Source: an uncultured Bacteroidales bacterium
GTDB taxonomy: Bacteria > Bacteroidota > Bacteroidia > Bacteroidales > VadinHA17
Length of the DNA stretch: 64,000 nt
Assembly: GCA_963696535.1 (NCBI GenBank)
Contig: CAVOKP010000015.1
Location: 46,525-110,524 of the forward strand
Direction of reading: 5' to 3'
The notes under the pieces were generated by a model that saw only the letters and a list, made by a program, of their open reading frames with translations, did not search any database and was not told the DNA's origin. Below, one piece after another: positions 1 to 9,509 of the stretch. Made by a program: the position numbers and the translations under genes. Numbering within the stretch: the first letter of the stretch is position 1; each line of letters starts with the position of its first letter.

Positions 1-1140
1 AAGCGATTTGGTTTCTGGTCCTACAAGACGGGAGCCGGATTCTTCATACTGTCAAGGATTCTCGGAGCATCACTCCGCATGTTCCTCGTGATCAATGTCC
101 TTCAGATCTTCGTGTTCGATGCCTGGAATGTTCCTTTCTGGGTCAACGTGCTTATTTTCATATGTCTTATAATTCTTTACACCTTAAAAGGAGGGATCAG
201 AACCATTGTATGGACGGATACGTTGCAGACGACATTCATGCTGCTGGCAGTCATCCTTTCGGTGGTCTATATCAGCAGGGAACTGGGATCACCTGTGTTC
301 AGGCTGGCCAGGACAGTTCTCGACAGTTCAGTATCGACAATGTTCATAACAGACTGGCATAATGAGAGGTTTTTCCTGAAGCAGTTTTTGAGCGGAATGT
401 TCATCACTATTTCAATGACTGGTCTTGACCAGGAGATGATGCAGAAAAACCTCAGCTGCCGTAACCTCAGGGAAGCTCAGAAAAACATGTTCACTTTCAG
501 CGGTATAATAATATTTGTGAATTTTTTGTTTCTTGTACTGGGCGCCTTCCTTCTTATTTATGCACAAACCAAAAATGTAACCGTAGCAATGACTGACGAT
601 CTTTTCCCTACGATAGCTTTCAACTATCTCGGGCCGGTTGCAGGAATTGTATTTCTGATAGGCCTTATTTCAGCTGCCTTTCCAAGTGCCGACGGAGCCC
701 TGACATCGCTCACAACAAGCGTAAGCATTGATTTCCTCGGTCTTGAGAAAAGGGACGGAATGGCTGAAAAGAGGAAAACCAATACAAGATATGCCGTTCA
801 CATATCAATTGCAATAATTTTCTTTATCAGCATCCTTATTTTTAAATCATTGAACGACAGGGCAATCATCGATAAACTGTTTACGATTGCAGGTTATACT
901 TACGGTCCGCTTCTTGGCCTGTTCACTTTCGGACTATTTACAAGAAGGCAGGTAAATGACAGGATCACTCCCTTTGTTGCAATCCTTTCGCCGGTGGTTT
1001 GTTATTTTTTGAGCACTTATTCCGAAGAGCTGTTCAATGGGTACAAGTTCGGGTTTGAGCTGCTGCTGCTCAACGGCTTACTGACTTTTACCGGATTGCT
1101 TTTATTCAGCCATAAGCCTGCAGATTTCAAAAGGATGTAA
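1..1140 (+). CDS. Sodium:solute symporter (SSS) family transporter, 5'-truncated by the window edge
   Basis: Frame is open from base 1 (KRFGFWSYKTGAG...). Multi-TM protein with SSS motifs YTLKGGIRTIVWTDTLQT, GLDQEMMQK and ISAAFPSADGALTSLTTS. Confidence 0.9.
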   Translation, partial: KRFGFWSYKTGAGFFILSRILGASLRMFLVINVLQIFVFDAWNVPFWVNVLIFICLIILYTLKGGIRTIVWTDTLQTTFMLLAVILSVVYISRELGSPVFRLARTVLDSSVSTMFITDWHNERFFLKQFLSGMFITISMTGLDQEMMQKNLSCRNLREAQKNMFTFSGIIIFVNFLFLVLGAFLLIYAQTKNVTVAMTDDLFPTIAFNYLGPVAGIVFLIGLISAAFPSADGALTSLTTSVSIDFLGLEKRDGMAEKRKTNTRYAVHISIAIIFFISILIFKSLNDRAIIDKLFTIAGYTYGPLLGLFTFGLFTRRQVNDRITPFVAILSPVVCYFLSTYSEELFNGYKFGFELLLLNGLLTFTGLLLFSHKPADFKRM

Positions 1141-1223
1141 TTACAATGTAATTACATGCATTTTACTGCAGAAATCGTTGGTGGCGCGGATCTGTGATCC
1201 GTGACCCTGGCTAACGGTACCCG

Positions 1224-1958
1224 TTAAAGACCTGTACCGGTAGTTTGTTCTGAGGATTCATCAGTTTCCTCTTCAACAGTTTTCGGTTTTGTAATTACGG
1301 TTTTAATTTTATAGGGGATGTTCCAGGTAAGGAAATAGCTTATTCCGGCCGTGGTCCTTCGTCCTCCGTTTCCATATCCGGGGAAATAGATGGGCCTCAG
1401 GTCTTTTCCTCCTCCTCCCGATATAAGCAGTTTAAGCCGAATGGTCCATCCGATGCTGAAATTACGGAATATCTCGGTTTTAACGCCCGGAGCCACCTCA
1501 ATAAAATGGCCCATGGCCTTTTTTGAGGGCAGCGAGGATGTGACGGTCCCCCAGTAATTTTCGTGCTGGAACCTGGATGTTGCCGAATTAAACAGGCTGA
1601 CTCCATACCGCAATCCGATGCCTGCCCAGTACTTGCCCTGGGATACTTCGGGCTTCAGCAGATTTATATCTGCTCCAAACCGTGTAAAAGCTCCCTTGCT
1701 TGTATAATCGTAATTGTACTGGGAGTATTTGTAGTTCAGGTATCCGGCTTCAACAACCCAGGCAATCTTTTCGCTTTTGTCGAATGAAATGTAACCCTCG
1801 AGATTTAGATTATTTTTATCGGAGAGGTATATTCCCGGACCCGCGACATCGATTCCGGTCCTGATCTTCAATGGGAAGAGGATGGTATCCTGAGCAGACA
1901 GGCCGGATGCCCGGAGGAACAGAACAAGGCTAAAAAAATATGCGGATATTCTCCTCAT
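1224..1958 (-). CDS. DUF6048-like outer-membrane beta-barrel protein
   Basis: Signal peptide, alternating amphipathic beta-strands and a C-terminal 'PIYFPGYG' motif. Overlaps the upstream lipoprotein gene, a pairing typical of DUF6452/DUF6048 in Bacteroidota. Confidence 0.65.
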   Translation of the reverse strand: MRRISAYFFSLVLFLRASGLSAQDTILFPLKIRTGIDVAGPGIYLSDKNNLNLEGYISFDKSEKIAWVVEAGYLNYKYSQYNYDYTSKGAFTRFGADINLLKPEVSQGKYWAGIGLRYGVSLFNSATSRFQHENYWGTVTSSLPSKKAMGHFIEVAPGVKTEIFRNFSIGWTIRLKLLISGGGGKDLRPIYFPGYGNGGRRTTAGISYFLTWNIPYKIKTVITKPKTVEEETDESSEQTTGTGL

Positions 1959-2391
1959 TTGCCGTAGTTATGTTGTTTGAACTCCTGTAGATGTAAAAGA
2001 TGTCTTTTGCACTGTGAAATGTGTCGAGTTTGTGATAAAATGTATATCCGCACTCTTTAGAGATAAGGTGGGGATAGCTTGAGTAAATGAATTGTATCGT
2101 ATCGGTAATGCCGTTTATCCTGATAATGAATTCAGAGGTATCATTTGATGCATCGAGGGGCAGCAGGGCAGGCTGAACACGTGGTTCCCTATCGTAAATT
2201 TTATCCGTTTTTCCCACTCCGGTAACCGTTAGACTGTCCGGTGTCTTTTTTTCCTTTGTGGAGTTGCTGTAAAAAGTTGCTTTCAGGTATGCATTGGTTT
2301 CTTCAAAGCATGCTTCCGGCGCGCAGGAAATAAGCAACAAGGAAAATCCTGCGGCAACCATGGCGAACAAAGAGAAACCCGCTTTCTTCAT
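1930..2391 (-). CDS. DUF6452-like lipoprotein
   Basis: Start moved to MKKAGF (ATG 2391). Lipobox LLISC and motif 'HLISKECGY'. TAnnTTTG box at 2416-2423 (minus strand) supports this start. Confidence 0.65.
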   Translation of the reverse strand: MKKAGFSLFAMVAAGFSLLLISCAPEACFEETNAYLKATFYSNSTKEKKTPDSLTVTGVGKTDKIYDREPRVQPALLPLDASNDTSEFIIRINGITDTIQFIYSSYPHLISKECGYTFYHKLDTFHSAKDIFYIYRSSNNITTANEENIRIFF

Positions 2392-2447
2392 AAGAGAGTG
2401 AAAGTTCCAAAAGTACAAAAATAAACGTGTAATATGTCCGGATGGCA

Positions 2448-5093
2448 TCAAACCATCCTCCGGACATAATCCCCGGCCTTTTTTATCGCAGCCGGAATTC
2501 CATCAGGATTTTTACCACCGGCAGATGCAACAGATGGCTGGCCCCCGCCGCCCCCGGCGATCTCTCCGGATATCTCCCTTATTATGGCTGCAGCATTTAT
2601 ATTCTTTTCTTTCACAAGGTTGTCGCTGACCATTACGAGCATATTTGCTTTTCCGTCAATGGCAGCTCCCACGACAAGCACTGTGTCGCCGGAGGAGTTC
2701 CGAAGCCCTGATGCGATATTTTTAAGCACGTCAGCCGAATCGCAATCGATTATGCCTGAGATAAACCTTAATCCTTTTATATCAACTGCTTTTGTTTCAA
2801 GTTCCCTGAGCATGGCTGAAGCAGACTGAGCCTCAAATTTTTCGATGCTTTTTCTAAGGGCAGTGTTCTCGGCCAGAAGCTTTTCAACACTGTCCGTTAT
2901 GTTTCCGGTGCTTTTCAGAAGGGCTGCAACATTATCGGCAGATTCAATTTTCCCATTTATGTATTCTTCTGCCCTGGCAGCCGTAACTGCTTCAATCCTT
3001 CTTATCCCGGCAGCAATTCCTCCCTCCGAGACTATTTTGATTAGCCCGATGGCTCCTGAATTTCCTACATGGATTCCGCCGCACAATTCTATCGAATCTC
3101 CGAATTTCACAACCCTTACGATATCGCCGTACTTCTCGCCGAAGAGGGCCATTGCACCCATTGCCTGTGCCTCTTTCATTGATATCCCTTCAGTTACCTC
3201 GATAACGCAGTTTTCCCTTACCATCCGGTTTGCAATCCCTTCAACTCTCCTTAATTCTTCCTTTGTAAGCCTTGTGAAATGGCTGAAATCGAACCTCAGA
3301 CGGTCAGGGGTGACGAGTGAACCTTTTTGCTCGATATGTTTTCCGAGTACCGACCTCAATGCAAAATGCAGGAGGTGGGTTGCAGTATGGTTGTTTGCGG
3401 TCATTTTCCTCTTTTCAAGATCCACAACCGCGCGGAATCCCGCATCCGGTTCTGTTATGGTACCACTGCTCAGATGGATGATGGCATTGTTTTCCTTAAC
3501 AGTATCGGTGATTTCTATTTTCTCCCGTCCGGATATCAGGAATCCAGTATCTCCGACCTGGCCGCCCGACTCGGCATAGAAAGGCGTTCTGTCAAGCACT
3601 ATCTGAAGGCTCTCCTTTCCCCTGGTTTTTATTGTGCGGTACTTAAGGATGAGTACGTCATCTTCCGTCAGGGTATAGCCTGTAAACAGGGTCTCCCCGG
3701 CTTCCCTGACAATTGTCCAGTCGCCGGCTTCAACGGTTGCGTCCTCCCTCGACCGGCTCTTCTGGGTCTTCATCTCGTCAGCGAAGCCGTCAAGATCCGT
3801 GGTCATGCCATTCTCTTTCAGTATCAACTGGGTAAGGTCGACAGGGAATCCAAAAGTATCATACAGCTCAAAAGCTGATTTGCCCGGAAGGATATTACTA
3901 CCCTCTTTCCGGAGCTCTTCTATCTTTTTTTCTATAAGCTTCAGTCCCTTGCCGAGGGTTTTCAGGAAAGCTGTCTCCTCGTCGAGGATAACTTTTGCAA
4001 TGTGATCTTTGCTCTTGCTGAGCTCAGGGTATGCATTTCCCATTTCCAGGGCAAGTACAGGCACGAGCATGTGCAGGAAAGGTTCCTCAATCGAGAGGTT
4101 GTTATAACCGTACCTAACAGCCCGGCGCAAGATCCTCCTGATGACATATCCGGCCTTGTTGTTCGATGGCAACTGTCCGTCAGCAATTGAGAAGGCAATG
4201 GCTCTGATGTGGTCGGCTATTACCCTGAGGGCAACGTCCCAGTTTTCATTGACGCCGTACTTTTTGCCGGTAATTTCGGAAACCTTGTTTATAATCGATT
4301 GAAAGATATCAGTGTCATAATTTGATTTTTTCCCCTGGACGACCATGCATAGCCTTTCAAATCCCATACCGGTGTCGACATGTCTGGAAGGAAGCTGCTT
4401 GAGGGTACCGTTTGAAAGCCTGTTATACTGGATGAAGACCAGGTTCCAGATCTCAATTACCCCGGGGTGTCCCTTGTTTACGAGCTCCCGTCCGGGAATC
4501 CTTTCCCTTTCCGGATCATCCCTGATATCGACATGTATCTCTGAACAAGGGCCGCAGGGCCCGGTTTCGCCCATCTCCCAGAAGTTATCCTTTTTCGATC
4601 CCTCAAGGATCCTTCCGCCTGGATCCCTGTAACATTCCTTCCAGTATTCCAATGATTCATTGTCGCGGGGAACATTCTCTTCAGCGGAACCCTCAAAAAT
4701 TGTCGAATAGAGCCTATCCTCCGGAATGCCAAGTTTCTGAACCAGGAATTCCCATGCCCAGCCAATGGCCTCTTTTTTGAAATAATCGCCAAACGACCAG
4801 TTGCCGAGCATCTCGAACATGGTATGATGGTACGTGTCGTGTCCTACTTCCTCCAAATCGTTATGCTTGCCCGAAACCCGAAGGCATTTTTGCGAATTTG
4901 CTATTCTTCTGTTCACAGGAAGCTGGTTCCCAAGAAAAATATCCTTGAATTGATTCATACCGGCGTTTGTGAACATGAGAGTAGGGTCGTTCTTTATAAC
5001 CATCGGGGCAGAAGGGACTATGAGGTGCTCTTTCGACTGGAAAAAGTCAAAAAACAGCTTTCTGAGCTCGTGGGATTTTAGTGTAAATAACAT
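2448..5093 (-). CDS. alaS: Alanine--tRNA ligase
   Basis: DPTLMFTNAGMNQFK, HHTMFEMLGNWSFGDYFK, editing motifs HTATH and ELCGGIH, C-terminal GGGGG. Likely start MLFTLK at 5093. Confidence 0.98.
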   Translation of the reverse strand: MLFTLKSHELRKLFFDFFQSKEHLIVPSAPMVIKNDPTLMFTNAGMNQFKDIFLGNQLPVNRRIANSQKCLRVSGKHNDLEEVGHDTYHHTMFEMLGNWSFGDYFKKEAIGWAWEFLVQKLGIPEDRLYSTIFEGSAEENVPRDNESLEYWKECYRDPGGRILEGSKKDNFWEMGETGPCGPCSEIHVDIRDDPERERIPGRELVNKGHPGVIEIWNLVFIQYNRLSNGTLKQLPSRHVDTGMGFERLCMVVQGKKSNYDTDIFQSIINKVSEITGKKYGVNENWDVALRVIADHIRAIAFSIADGQLPSNNKAGYVIRRILRRAVRYGYNNLSIEEPFLHMLVPVLALEMGNAYPELSKSKDHIAKVILDEETAFLKTLGKGLKLIEKKIEELRKEGSNILPGKSAFELYDTFGFPVDLTQLILKENGMTTDLDGFADEMKTQKSRSREDATVEAGDWTIVREAGETLFTGYTLTEDDVLILKYRTIKTRGKESLQIVLDRTPFYAESGGQVGDTGFLISGREKIEITDTVKENNAIIHLSSGTITEPDAGFRAVVDLEKRKMTANNHTATHLLHFALRSVLGKHIEQKGSLVTPDRLRFDFSHFTRLTKEELRRVEGIANRMVRENCVIEVTEGISMKEAQAMGAMALFGEKYGDIVRVVKFGDSIELCGGIHVGNSGAIGLIKIVSEGGIAAGIRRIEAVTAARAEEYINGKIESADNVAALLKSTGNITDSVEKLLAENTALRKSIEKFEAQSASAMLRELETKAVDIKGLRFISGIIDCDSADVLKNIASGLRNSSGDTVLVVGAAIDGKANMLVMVSDNLVKEKNINAAAIIREISGEIAGGGGGQPSVASAGGKNPDGIPAAIKKAGDYVRRMV

Positions 5094-5124
5094 ATTAATG
5101 CACAATAAGTGACTCAAATTATAG

Positions 5125-5155
5125 TTTGTAAAATTAATTTAATTGTTTAGATTTG
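5125..5155 (+). promoter_or_regulatory. Bacteroidota primary-sigma promoter (-33 TTTG / -7 TAnnTTTG) for the M23 genes
   Basis: TTTG 5125-5128, 19-nt spacer, TAGATTTG 5148-5155. Confidence 0.7.
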
Positions 5156-5186
5156 TCAATCTCAGCATAAAAAACCAGGGCAGTAG

Positions 5187-6149
5187 ATGTTCACCCGCAA
5201 ATATTTTCTTGATCCATCAGATCTGCAGTATAAACAAGTAAGGTTGCCATGGAAAAACAGGCTCATTCGTTTTGCCTTGTGGACAGTGGCTGCAATAGTT
5301 GTTACAATTGTTTATTCGTCTGTTTTCAACAGCATGGTCGGTTCCCCCAAGGAACATGCACTGAGCCGGGAAATTGAGAACCTGAAGCTAAGGTACTCGA
5401 TTATGGAAATAAGTATCGATAACGCACTCAAATCCCTTGATGATCTTGAGCTTTCAGACGGAAACCGTTACCGGCCCGTCCTCGACATGGATTCCATACC
5501 CGTATCAATAAGAAATATGGGAACGGGAGGTGTTGCAAGGTATGAGGAGCTCGATGGTTACGACAATACGGCGCTGATGCTGACCGACCGGAAAAAAGTG
5601 GATGAAATAAAAAACAGGGCCACAATACAGCTCGAGTCATTTAAGGCGATTGAAGAAAAGAAGAATGAGTGGAAGCGCGAAATGGAATATCTGCCTATGA
5701 TAAGCCCCGTCAATGTAATCTACAGGCTGGGCGACGGGATGAAGTTCAGGGAAAAGCACCCGGTACTTGGCACGCCGCAATGGCATCACGGTCAGGATTT
5801 CAGCACTCCGCACGGAACAGAGGTCTTCGCAACAGGTGCAGGGAAGGTTATTGAAGCCGGATGGAACGGTGGTCTTGGGAATTGTATTGTTATTGACCAT
5901 GGATACGGTTACCGGTCGACTTACGGCCATCTGAGCATCATAAGGGTTTCGGTGGGTCTGAATATAAAGAGGGGCGATCTGATAGGGCTGAGCGGCAGCA
6001 CAGGTACATCAACAGGCCCTCATCTTCATTACCAGATAGATCTTTTTGGCCAGTACAAGAATCCCCTCTATTATTTCAACAATGATCTTACTGAAGATGA
6101 GTACTTTGATATGATTCAAACCCTCACCTCGCAATCAAAATTCAGATAG
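5187..6149 (+). CDS. M23 family metallopeptidase (paralog 1)
   Basis: N-terminal TM plus coiled coil, then HHGQD, YGHLS and STGPHLHY (HxxxD / HxH zinc motifs). Confidence 0.92.
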   Translation: MFTRKYFLDPSDLQYKQVRLPWKNRLIRFALWTVAAIVVTIVYSSVFNSMVGSPKEHALSREIENLKLRYSIMEISIDNALKSLDDLELSDGNRYRPVLDMDSIPVSIRNMGTGGVARYEELDGYDNTALMLTDRKKVDEIKNRATIQLESFKAIEEKKNEWKREMEYLPMISPVNVIYRLGDGMKFREKHPVLGTPQWHHGQDFSTPHGTEVFATGAGKVIEAGWNGGLGNCIVIDHGYGYRSTYGHLSIIRVSVGLNIKRGDLIGLSGSTGTSTGPHLHYQIDLFGQYKNPLYYFNNDLTEDEYFDMIQTLTSQSKFR

Positions 6150-6239
6150 GGGATATCCAGTGTTTCACTCTCGTGCCTTCTGATCCAAATCATCAGGCTG
6201 ATTTCATTTGTATATTGAAATATTTATCTTTGCTGTCTG

Positions 6240-7211
6240 ATGAAGCACTCGAAGTACAAATTCAATCCCGAATCACTAAGCTTTGACAAGATTCGGCTGG
6301 GGGCAAGGTCAATTTTGCTCAGATCCCTTGCTTTTTTAATCGGATCAGTTATTGTTGCCGTTGTATTTAATTTTCTTTTCGGTTTGTTTTTTGATACCCC
6401 GAAGGAAAAAGCCCTGAAAAGGGAAATAGAACAGCTTTCCCTTCAGTATAGTCTGATACACAGGGAAATGGGGAGTCTTGAAAAGGTAATTCAGCACCTT
6501 CAGGAAACAGACGATAATCTTTACAGGACCATTTTCGGAGCAGAGCCCATTATGGCGACCCAACGGCAGGCCGGAATCGGAGGTGTCAGCAGGTTCAGTG
6601 ACATGGAAGGACTCAATAATTCAAAACTCGTAATAGAAACAGCAAAGAAGCTTGATGCAATAAAGAAAAAGGTATACGTCCAGTCAAAATCGTTCGATGA
6701 GCTCATATTACTTGCCAGGGAGAAGGAAGAGATGCTCAGGTCAATACCGGCAATAATGCCGGTCTCAACCAGGGACCTTACAAGGATTGCTTCGGGATTC
6801 GGTTTAAGGATACACCCTTACTATAAAATAAGCAAATTTCATGCGGGAATGGATTTTACTGCACCGCTCAGTACTGAAATCTATGCAACGGGCGACGGTA
6901 CAATTGAATCGGTCTCCTCGGGCAAAAGAGGAATGGGTAACTATATAATTGTCAATCATGGGTTCGGCTACTCATCAACCTATGCGCATCTAGAAAGTTT
7001 CAATGTCAAGCAGGGACAGAAGGTTCACAGGGGAGATGTTATTGGATTTGTCGGCAATACAGGAATGTCAATAGCGCCGCATCTTCACTACGAAATCAGG
7101 CTCAACGGAGAGAATGTCGATCCGGTGAACTATTTCTTCAACGACCTTTCCCCGGCCGAATATGAAACTATGATAGAGATTGCCTCCAAAACCGGCCAGT
7201 CATTTGACTAA
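6240..7211 (+). CDS. M23 family metallopeptidase (paralog 2)
   Basis: Same architecture as paralog 1; FHAGMD, YAHL, APHLHYE. Own TATCTTTG box at 6225-6232. Confidence 0.93.
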   Translation: MKHSKYKFNPESLSFDKIRLGARSILLRSLAFLIGSVIVAVVFNFLFGLFFDTPKEKALKREIEQLSLQYSLIHREMGSLEKVIQHLQETDDNLYRTIFGAEPIMATQRQAGIGGVSRFSDMEGLNNSKLVIETAKKLDAIKKKVYVQSKSFDELILLAREKEEMLRSIPAIMPVSTRDLTRIASGFGLRIHPYYKISKFHAGMDFTAPLSTEIYATGDGTIESVSSGKRGMGNYIIVNHGFGYSSTYAHLESFNVKQGQKVHRGDVIGFVGNTGMSIAPHLHYEIRLNGENVDPVNYFFNDLSPAEYETMIEIASKTGQSFD

Positions 7212-7224
7212 TATTAAAAGAACC

Positions 7225-7560
7225 ATGCCTTACAAGGAAAAGAAAATAGAAAAGCTCTATTATTCTATCGGGGAAGTCTCAAAAATGCTTGATGTGCCTG
7301 TTTCAACCGTAAGGTTCTGGGAAAATGAATTCGACATACTGAAGCCCATGAAAAACAAAAAGGGCAACAGGATGTTTACCGCTACCGATGTGAAAAACCT
7401 GATGATCATTCACCGGCTACTGAAGGAGGAAGGGATGACAATGGCCGGAGCGAAGAAAAAGCTTGCCGGGAAATGGGATGAAGCTGATCATGTCTTTGAA
7501 ATCAATGAATCGCTTCAGAAGATAAAGAGCCTTCTTATTGACTTAAGAGACAATATTTAG
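7225..7560 (+). CDS. MerR-family HTH transcriptional regulator (short, no obvious effector domain)
   Basis: KLYYSIGEVS...TVRFWE...KKGNRMF. Start MPYKEK at 7225. Confidence 0.9.
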   Translation: MPYKEKKIEKLYYSIGEVSKMLDVPVSTVRFWENEFDILKPMKNKKGNRMFTATDVKNLMIIHRLLKEEGMTMAGAKKKLAGKWDEADHVFEINESLQKIKSLLIDLRDNI

Positions 7561-7561
7561 A

Positions 7562-8656
7562 ATGAAACTTTCAGACCTTTGTTCCTGGCTGGATTCAGCT
7601 GTTCCCCTCTCTTTCCAGGAGGGATATGATAATTCAGGACTTCAGGTCGGGCAGCCAGGCAAGGAAGTCACTTCCGGGCTTCTGACTCTTGACGTTACGG
7701 ACGACGTAATTGATGAAGCCATTCACTATGGATGCGACATTGTAATTTCCCATCATCCATTAATATTCAGTGGCATAAAGAAGGTCAATGATCAGCATCC
7801 TGCAGGCAGGATACTGGTTAAGGCAATCAAAAGTGATATTGCCGTCTATTCCTCCCATACGAATCTGGATATGTTGAATGACGGGGTCAGCAGGAAAATG
7901 GCCCTTAAGCTCGGGTTGCGGAACGTTAAGGTCCTCCAGCCATTGAATAACAGGCTTCTAAAGCTTGTAACCTTCGTCCCGGAGGATCATCTTGGCAAGG
8001 TAAGGGAAGCCGTTTTCAATGCAGGAGCCGGATTTATAGGAAATTATGACCGTTGCGGATTCACTGTCTCAGGAACAGGGAGCTTCAGGGCAGGAGAAGG
8101 GACAAATCCCTTTGCCGGGGAGAAGGGAAAGATGCACCTGGAGAAAGAGGCAAGGTTTGAAACAGTTTTCTTTTCACATCTCAGAGAAAAAATTATTGAT
8201 GCCCTTCTCGGTTCTCATCCCTATGAGGAAGTTGCATATGATCTTTATCAGCTTCAGAATGACAATATCGATTTCGGCCTTGGCTGTACCGGTGAACTTG
8301 AAGAACCCCTGAGCGAGAAAGGTTTTCTTGATCTTGTTTCGTCGGTGTTCAATGCATTTGGGACACGTTATTCAGCACTCACCGGCAGGATGATCCGGAA
8401 GGTTGCCCTTTGCGGCGGTGCGGGGGCATCACTTCTGAACAAGGCTCTCTCGGCAAAGGCAGATGCCTTTGTCACTGGCGACATTAAATATCACACATGG
8501 TTTGAAGCAGATAAGAGGATATTGCTGGCGGATTGCGGACATTTCGAAACTGAAAAATTCTCAACAGAAATTTTATACGATCTTATTATCAAAAAATTCC
8601 CTAAATTTGCACTCCGGTTTTCAGAAACAAATACCAATCCGATAAATTACCTGTAA
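7562..8656 (+). CDS. Nif3-like dinuclear metal center hexameric protein (DUF34) with PII-like insertion
   Basis: DNSGLQVG, SHHPLIF, HTNLD, HPYEEVAYD, GHFETE. Confidence 0.93.
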   Translation: MKLSDLCSWLDSAVPLSFQEGYDNSGLQVGQPGKEVTSGLLTLDVTDDVIDEAIHYGCDIVISHHPLIFSGIKKVNDQHPAGRILVKAIKSDIAVYSSHTNLDMLNDGVSRKMALKLGLRNVKVLQPLNNRLLKLVTFVPEDHLGKVREAVFNAGAGFIGNYDRCGFTVSGTGSFRAGEGTNPFAGEKGKMHLEKEARFETVFFSHLREKIIDALLGSHPYEEVAYDLYQLQNDNIDFGLGCTGELEEPLSEKGFLDLVSSVFNAFGTRYSALTGRMIRKVALCGGAGASLLNKALSAKADAFVTGDIKYHTWFEADKRILLADCGHFETEKFSTEILYDLIIKKFPKFALRFSETNTNPINYL

Positions 8657-8657
8657 A

Positions 8658-9422
8658 ATGGAAAAAGTAAAAACACATGAAGCTGAGATATCCGTAGAGG
8701 AGAGGCTTAGGGCGTTGTACGGACTTCAGCTGGTGGATTCAGAAATAGATAAGATCAAGACTCTGAGGGGAGAACTGCCGCTTGAGGTTCAGGACCTTGA
8801 GGATGAGATAGCAGGACTCGAAACCAGGCTGGGAAATCTCCGCGAAGAGGTTGTGAGTCTCGAAAAGGCAGTATCAAAGAAGAACATTGAAATCTCCGAG
8901 GCAGAATCGCTTATTAAGAAATATGAGGAACAGCAGAAGAATGTAAGAAACAACCGTGAGTTCGATTCTCTTTCAAAGGAGATTGAATTCCAGAATCTTG
9001 AGATTGAGCTTTACAACAAGAAAATAAAGGAGTTTTCAATCCTTATAGAAGAGAAAAATCTCGTAATTGCTGAATCGGAAGCAACATTTGCCGACCGCAC
9101 GTCGGACCTTGAAAACAAGAAGACGGAACTCGACGAAATAATATCAGACACACAGAAGGAAGAAGAGGGGTTATACAAGAAGTCAGAAAAGATCCAGTCG
9201 GTGATTGAGGAGAGGCTTCTGACTGCCTATAAAAGGATCAGGTCGAATGCAAGGAACGGGTTGGCCGTCGTCCCGGTTCAGAGGGATGCATGCGGCGGAT
9301 GCTTTAACCAGATACCTCCGCAGCGCCAGCTTGACATCAGATCGCGGAAGAAGATTATAGTGTGCGAATACTGCGGCCGAATACTTGTTGATGATGAGAT
9401 TATCAAGGAGAGTCATCTTTAG
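8658..9422 (+). CDS. Coiled-coil protein with C4-type zinc ribbon (DUF164/CT398-like)
   Basis: Long coiled coil followed by CGGC...CEYCGRIL; usual neighbour of Nif3 genes. Confidence 0.9.
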   Translation: MEKVKTHEAEISVEERLRALYGLQLVDSEIDKIKTLRGELPLEVQDLEDEIAGLETRLGNLREEVVSLEKAVSKKNIEISEAESLIKKYEEQQKNVRNNREFDSLSKEIEFQNLEIELYNKKIKEFSILIEEKNLVIAESEATFADRTSDLENKKTELDEIISDTQKEEEGLYKKSEKIQSVIEERLLTAYKRIRSNARNGLAVVPVQRDACGGCFNQIPPQRQLDIRSRKKIIVCEYCGRILVDDEIIKESHL

Positions 9423-9446
9423 GAAATAGTTGGCAACGAAATTATG

Positions 9447-9470
9447 GCCACCCCTGAAGGGTGGCTTTTT
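9447..9470 (+). terminator. Intrinsic terminator after the zinc-ribbon gene
   Basis: GCCACCC-CTGAA-GGGTGGC followed by TTTTT. Confidence 0.8.
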
Positions 9471-9509
9471 GTTTCTTAACTTTGTTTCAATCAATCACAC
9501 CAGAGAAAT

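Noticed and set aside
2845-3878. Long antisense ORFs opposite alaS (also 13787-14492, 17943-18680, 32119-32781, 56854-57405)
   Set aside because: Fully nested opposite well-supported genes and lacking motifs; typical codon-bias shadows.
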